A stretch of 64,000 bases of DNA from the NCBI GenBank assembly GCA_963677485.1, contig OY781964.1, forward strand, positions 4,448,001 through 4,512,000, written 5' to 3'. This document shows positions 60,113-64,000 of this stretch, piece by piece; the first letter of the stretch is position 1, and every line of letters begins with the position of its first letter. Below the pieces are notes generated by a model. It saw only the letters and a program-made list of their open reading frames with translations. It was not told the DNA's origin and did not search any database. A program made the translations under genes and the position numbers. The stretch comes from Armatimonadota bacterium (GTDB taxonomy: Bacteria; Armatimonadota; HRBIN16).

Positions 60113-62533
60113 ATGGAGGCGTTCTACTTGGATAACGAACAAGAAAAGACAATTAACGTGAAGACCGAGGAATCGGCTGAGCGTATTGTAGATATACCTG
60201 AGATCATCAATATTCTCCCGCTTCGTGATACGGTCGCCTTTCCGATATTAATCGTTCCCGTGGCCGTAGGTCGTGAGGCCTCGGTGAAGCTTGTTGATGA
60301 TTCTGTGTCGTCTGGTAATCGGACGATCGGTGTCATCACTATGAAGGACCCCTCTGTGGAAAACCCCACGGTAGATGACATATACAACATCGGAACGGTT
60401 GTGGTTATCCGCATGATGGGCAAGATGCCTGACGGTATCCGTATGGTCGCCCAAGGATTAGTGCGGTTTGAGATCACAGAGGTACTGCAGACCAGTCCTT
60501 ACATTAGAGCACGGATTCGCACTATCGACGAAGAGCGGTTACCCTCAGACGCCACTCAACCTGAGGTGGAAGCACTCAAGCGCACGATGTTGAGCCTTTA
60601 TGAGCGGATTATCGCGCTCTCGCAAAACAATGGACCTGAGCTTGAAGCCACCGCCAACAACTCGCTGGATGCCAGCCTGCTGACGGACATGGTCGCTTCG
60701 CAGCTCAACATCAGTATCGCCGATAAGCAGACGATACTGGAAACATTCGATGTCAAAGAGCGTATGCGCAAGTTGATGAAGATGATGTCGCGTGAGCTGG
60801 AAGTACTGGAAATTGGCTCCCGCCTTCAAAGCGAAGTGCATACCGAAATGAACCGCTCGCAGCGTGAGTATTTCCTGCGCGAACAACTCAAGGCCATCCA
60901 GCGTGAATTGGGCGACGATGTGGACCGAACTCAGGAACTGGACGAGTTGCGCAAGAAGCTGGAAGAGGCCAACCCGCCTGAAGAGGCGATGGCTGAAGCT
61001 CAGCGTGAACTGGATCGCCTAAGCAGAATCCCACCTCAAAGCCCTGAATATACCGTGGCACACACCTATCTGGACTGGATGATTGATCTGCCGTGGAACA
61101 AGAGCACGAAGGACAATCTTGATATCGCCGCCGTCCGCAAGGTGCTGGATTCCGATCATTACGGGTTGGACAAAGTCAAAGAGCGTGTATTGGAATACCT
61201 GGCTGTTCGGAAGTTCCGCGGTGATGACGCGCTGCGGCAGCCGATCCTTTGCCTGGCCGGCCCTCCTGGAGTGGGTAAAACCAGCTTAGGTAAGAGCATC
61301 GCCAGAGCACTAGGACGCAACTTTGTGCGCATGTCATTGGGCGGCGTGCGGGATGAAGCGGAGATTCGTGGACACAGACGCACCTACATCGGCTCAATGC
61401 CTGGGCAGATCATCCAAGGCATCCGACGGGCAGGCAGTAACAACCCGTTGTTCATGCTGGATGAAATTGACAAGGTGGGTTCGGATTTCCGCGGTGACCC
61501 CTCATCGGCACTGCTTGAGGCCTTGGACCCTGAGCAGAACAGCACATTCCGTGACCACTATCTCGATGTGCCTGTAAACCTGGGTAAGGTTCTGTTTATC
61601 ACCACAGCCAATGTGCTGGACAGCATCCTGCCGCCGCTGCGGGACCGCATGGAGATCATCGAACTGATGGGTTATACCATGCAGGAGAAGGTCTACATCG
61701 GCAAGAACCACCTGATACCCAAGCAGATGAAAGAACATGGTCTGACTGGCAAGCACATACGCTGGAGTGATGGGGCGATCCGCGCCATCATTGAGGGCTA
61801 TACCCGCGAAGCGGGTGTGCGCAACCTGGAGCGTGAGATCGCTTCGGTCTGCAGGAAGGTTACCAGGCTTTTCGCTGAAGGGCGCGAAAAGATGATGTCG
61901 CTGAACCCGAAAATGGTGGAAGAGCTGCTGGGTGTGCCGCGCTTCGAGACGGAAGAGATATCCAAACGCACCGAGACACCCGGTGTGGCGATTGGTCTGG
62001 CCTGGACGCCTGTTGGCGGCGACGTGCTCTATATCGAAGCCGCGAAGATGGCCGGCAAGAAGGGCATGATCATCACTGGGCAACTGGGAGACGTCATGAA
62101 GGAGTCCACCCAGATAGCCTTGAGCTGGATCCGTGCCCATGCCGATACGTTCGGGCTAACACCGGATGTGTTTGAGAACAACGAGCTGCATGTCCATGTG
62201 CCAGCAGGAGCCATCCCCAAAGATGGCCCGTCGGCGGGTGTGACCATGACCACTGCGCTCGTATCGCTGTTGACCGGAGTTTGCGTGAAGCCTCGGCTAG
62301 CCATGACCGGTGAGCTAACCCTTAGCGGCAAGGTACTTCCGATTGGCGGGGTGAAGGAGAAAGTGCTGGCGGCCCATAGAGCCGGCGTCGACCACGTGAT
62401 CCTTCCTTCGCGTAACCGTAAAGACCTGATCGAGGATGTACCGGATGAGGTGCGCGACGCACTGCTTATCAGCTATGTAGACAACATAGATGAGGTTTTG
62501 CAGATCGCCTTGCCAGGATTGAAACTGGTTTAG
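60113..62533 (+). CDS. lon: ATP-dependent protease La
   Basis: GPPGVGKTS, LDEIDK, GVRNLERE, PKDGPSAG (Ser), GGVKEK (Lys). Confidence 0.97.
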   Translation: MEAFYLDNEQEKTINVKTEESAERIVDIPEIINILPLRDTVAFPILIVPVAVGREASVKLVDDSVSSGNRTIGVITMKDPSVENPTVDDIYNIGTVVVIRMMGKMPDGIRMVAQGLVRFEITEVLQTSPYIRARIRTIDEERLPSDATQPEVEALKRTMLSLYERIIALSQNNGPELEATANNSLDASLLTDMVASQLNISIADKQTILETFDVKERMRKLMKMMSRELEVLEIGSRLQSEVHTEMNRSQREYFLREQLKAIQRELGDDVDRTQELDELRKKLEEANPPEEAMAEAQRELDRLSRIPPQSPEYTVAHTYLDWMIDLPWNKSTKDNLDIAAVRKVLDSDHYGLDKVKERVLEYLAVRKFRGDDALRQPILCLAGPPGVGKTSLGKSIARALGRNFVRMSLGGVRDEAEIRGHRRTYIGSMPGQIIQGIRRAGSNNPLFMLDEIDKVGSDFRGDPSSALLEALDPEQNSTFRDHYLDVPVNLGKVLFITTANVLDSILPPLRDRMEIIELMGYTMQEKVYIGKNHLIPKQMKEHGLTGKHIRWSDGAIRAIIEGYTREAGVRNLEREIASVCRKVTRLFAEGREKMMSLNPKMVEELLGVPRFETEEISKRTETPGVAIGLAWTPVGGDVLYIEAAKMAGKKGMIITGQLGDVMKESTQIALSWIRAHADTFGLTPDVFENNELHVHVPAGAIPKDGPSAGVTMTTALVSLLTGVCVKPRLAMTGELTLSGKVLPIGGVKEKVLAAHRAGVDHVILPSRNRKDLIEDVPDEVRDALLISYVDNIDEVLQIALPGLKLV

Positions 62534-62551
62534 GTCAAGCGGAGAATCGAC

Positions 62552-62584
62552 AAAGGCCCGGGGCAAATGCTCCGGGCCTTTTTT
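62552..62584 (+). terminator. Intrinsic terminator
   Basis: AAAGGCCCGGGGC-AAAT-GCTCCGGGCCTTTTTT. Confidence 0.85.
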
Positions 62585-62706
62585 GTATGTGTGGCATCTT
62601 GTGTCATGATGCCTGATACGAGTATGATAGGAATAAGTCCAGAGGTCATTCTGGGCCGATGAGCCATACCAGCAGTAGCAATTTTACTTTATCTTCGGGG
62701 AGCGAT

Positions 62707-64000
62707 ATGAACGCAATCACACAGAATCTGGTGGCTGAATGGTCATTCATAAGCTGCAAGAAATACACAGATCCTTTCAACGATGTTACTCTTGATGTGG
62801 TGTTCACCAGTGACACCCGAGAGATCACGGTTCCTGCATTCTGGGCGGGGGATGGCATCTGGCGAGTCAGGTTCTCGTCATCTGAAATCGGATGCTACAA
62901 ATATCGGACGGTCCGCTCCGACGAATCGAACTCCGAGCTGCACAACCTACAAGGCGAGTTTGAAGTCACCCCCTACAAGGGTGATAACCCACTGTATACG
63001 CATGGCCCCATCGAAGTCGCACCAGATGGCAGGCACTTTCAGCATAAGGACGGCACCCCGTTCCTGTGGCTGGCAGACACCTGGTGGATGGGCTTCACAA
63101 CCCGCCTAAGTTGGCCGAAGCAGTTTCAGAACCTTGTCATTGACAGAGCGGAGAAGGGCTTCAGTGTAGTTCAGATTGTGGCGGGCCTGTATCCCGACAT
63201 GCCGCCGTTCTACCCGGGTGGTGCCAACGAGGCTGGATTCCCCTGGACAGAAGATTACGGTCAGATCAACCCGGATTACTTCGACTATGTAGACCGCCGT
63301 ATAAACTACCTCATCGACACCGGTATTGTCCCCTGCATATTCGGCTGCTGGGGTTACTTCGCTAAGTTCATGGGTGTGGAGAAGCTGAAGGACCATTGGC
63401 GGTATCTGGTGGCCCGGTATGCGGCTTACCCGGTGGTATGGTCATTAGCCGGTGAGGGGGTGCTGCCGTATTACACCGACCCTCTGTGGGGTCAGTGGGA
63501 TAAGTATACGCCTGGCGCCAAAGCCGACTGGACCGAGATCGCCCGTTATGTTCACGCCATCGAACCGTATGGCCGGCTGATGAGCATCCACCCGCCGTGT
63601 TACGGCAGCACGGAACTGTGTGGCCACAACATGCTGGAGGACCGTTCGCTGGTGGACTTTGACATGCTCCAAACGGTCCATGGAAGTATGAACAACGGGT
63701 ATCATTCGGTGATGAACGTGAGATATGCTCGCAGTCTGGAGCCTGCCATGCCGGTGCTGCAATCGGAAGGGTTTTATGAGGGCATTCTCGAGCAGGGGCG
63801 TGAGGAGACACAGCGATGGTTCTTCTGGAGCTCGATACTCTCTGGTGCGGCGGGTCACACTTATGGCGCGAACGGCATCTGGCAGTTAAACACCAAAGAG
63901 GAGCCGTTCCGCGGCAACCCGATAAACAGCAACTGGGGTGATACCCCGTGGGATGTGGCCGCACAACTGCCCGGTGGGAAGCAGGTCGGTATCGGCAAGA
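62707..64000 (+). CDS. DUF5060/DUF4038 (apiosidase-like) glycoside hydrolase, 3'-truncated by window edge (not in ORF track)
   Basis: MNAITQN...DPFNDVTLDVVF...AFWAGDGIWRVRFS...DGTPFLWLADTWW...GFSVVQ...WSLAGE...GHTYGANGIWQ. Open to the end of the window. Confidence 0.85.
   Translation, partial: MNAITQNLVAEWSFISCKKYTDPFNDVTLDVVFTSDTREITVPAFWAGDGIWRVRFSSSEIGCYKYRTVRSDESNSELHNLQGEFEVTPYKGDNPLYTHGPIEVAPDGRHFQHKDGTPFLWLADTWWMGFTTRLSWPKQFQNLVIDRAEKGFSVVQIVAGLYPDMPPFYPGGANEAGFPWTEDYGQINPDYFDYVDRRINYLIDTGIVPCIFGCWGYFAKFMGVEKLKDHWRYLVARYAAYPVVWSLAGEGVLPYYTDPLWGQWDKYTPGAKADWTEIARYVHAIEPYGRLMSIHPPCYGSTELCGHNMLEDRSLVDFDMLQTVHGSMNNGYHSVMNVRYARSLEPAMPVLQSEGFYEGILEQGREETQRWFFWSSILSGAAGHTYGANGIWQLNTKEEPFRGNPINSNWGDTPWDVAAQLPGGKQVGIGK

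Noticed and set aside
61502-62140. 212-aa - strand ORF
   Set aside because: Antisense shadow of lon.
62783-63964. Several short ORFs listed at the end of the window
   Set aside because: All overlap the real DUF4038-type CDS, which starts at 62707 and runs off the window.

Overview
A ~53% GC bacterial chromosome segment. The mix of lipid A genes, RicT, RNase J, MqnE and proteins ending in an 'HxLRR...GDADGDG' dockerin-like tail suggests Armatimonadota (inference). Most of it is housekeeping: lpxB-msbA-lpxJ-like-waaA, lnt, uvrB, ricT-fmdB-like-metG, hinT-mtaB, gmk-coaBC, ctpA, tRNA-Ser(GCT), cca-queG-pyrK-pyrD-pyrF, gdhA, mqnE, asd-dapA-rnj-hsp20-lon. Interleaved are secreted or carbohydrate-active accessory genes. 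The most unusual item is an AT-richer ~1.66 kb unit at 51.9-53.56 kb. It encodes one 506-aa protein with Rep_trans-like rolling-circle motifs and a C-terminal winged helix, has a hairpin at its left end and CTAA at both putative boundaries, and is a candidate unclassified rolling-circle transposon. Other observations: a dual-hexaloop (ANTAR-type) RNA leader on gdhA, a catalytically dead S41 paralog coupled to an intact CtpA, a mixed REP/short-repeat cluster, a 219-bp nested palindrome, tandem laminin-IV/dockerin-like genes (one frameshifted), and three small proteins missed by the ORF track. No CRISPR array or rRNA was seen. All family assignments come from motif recognition by eye, not database searches.
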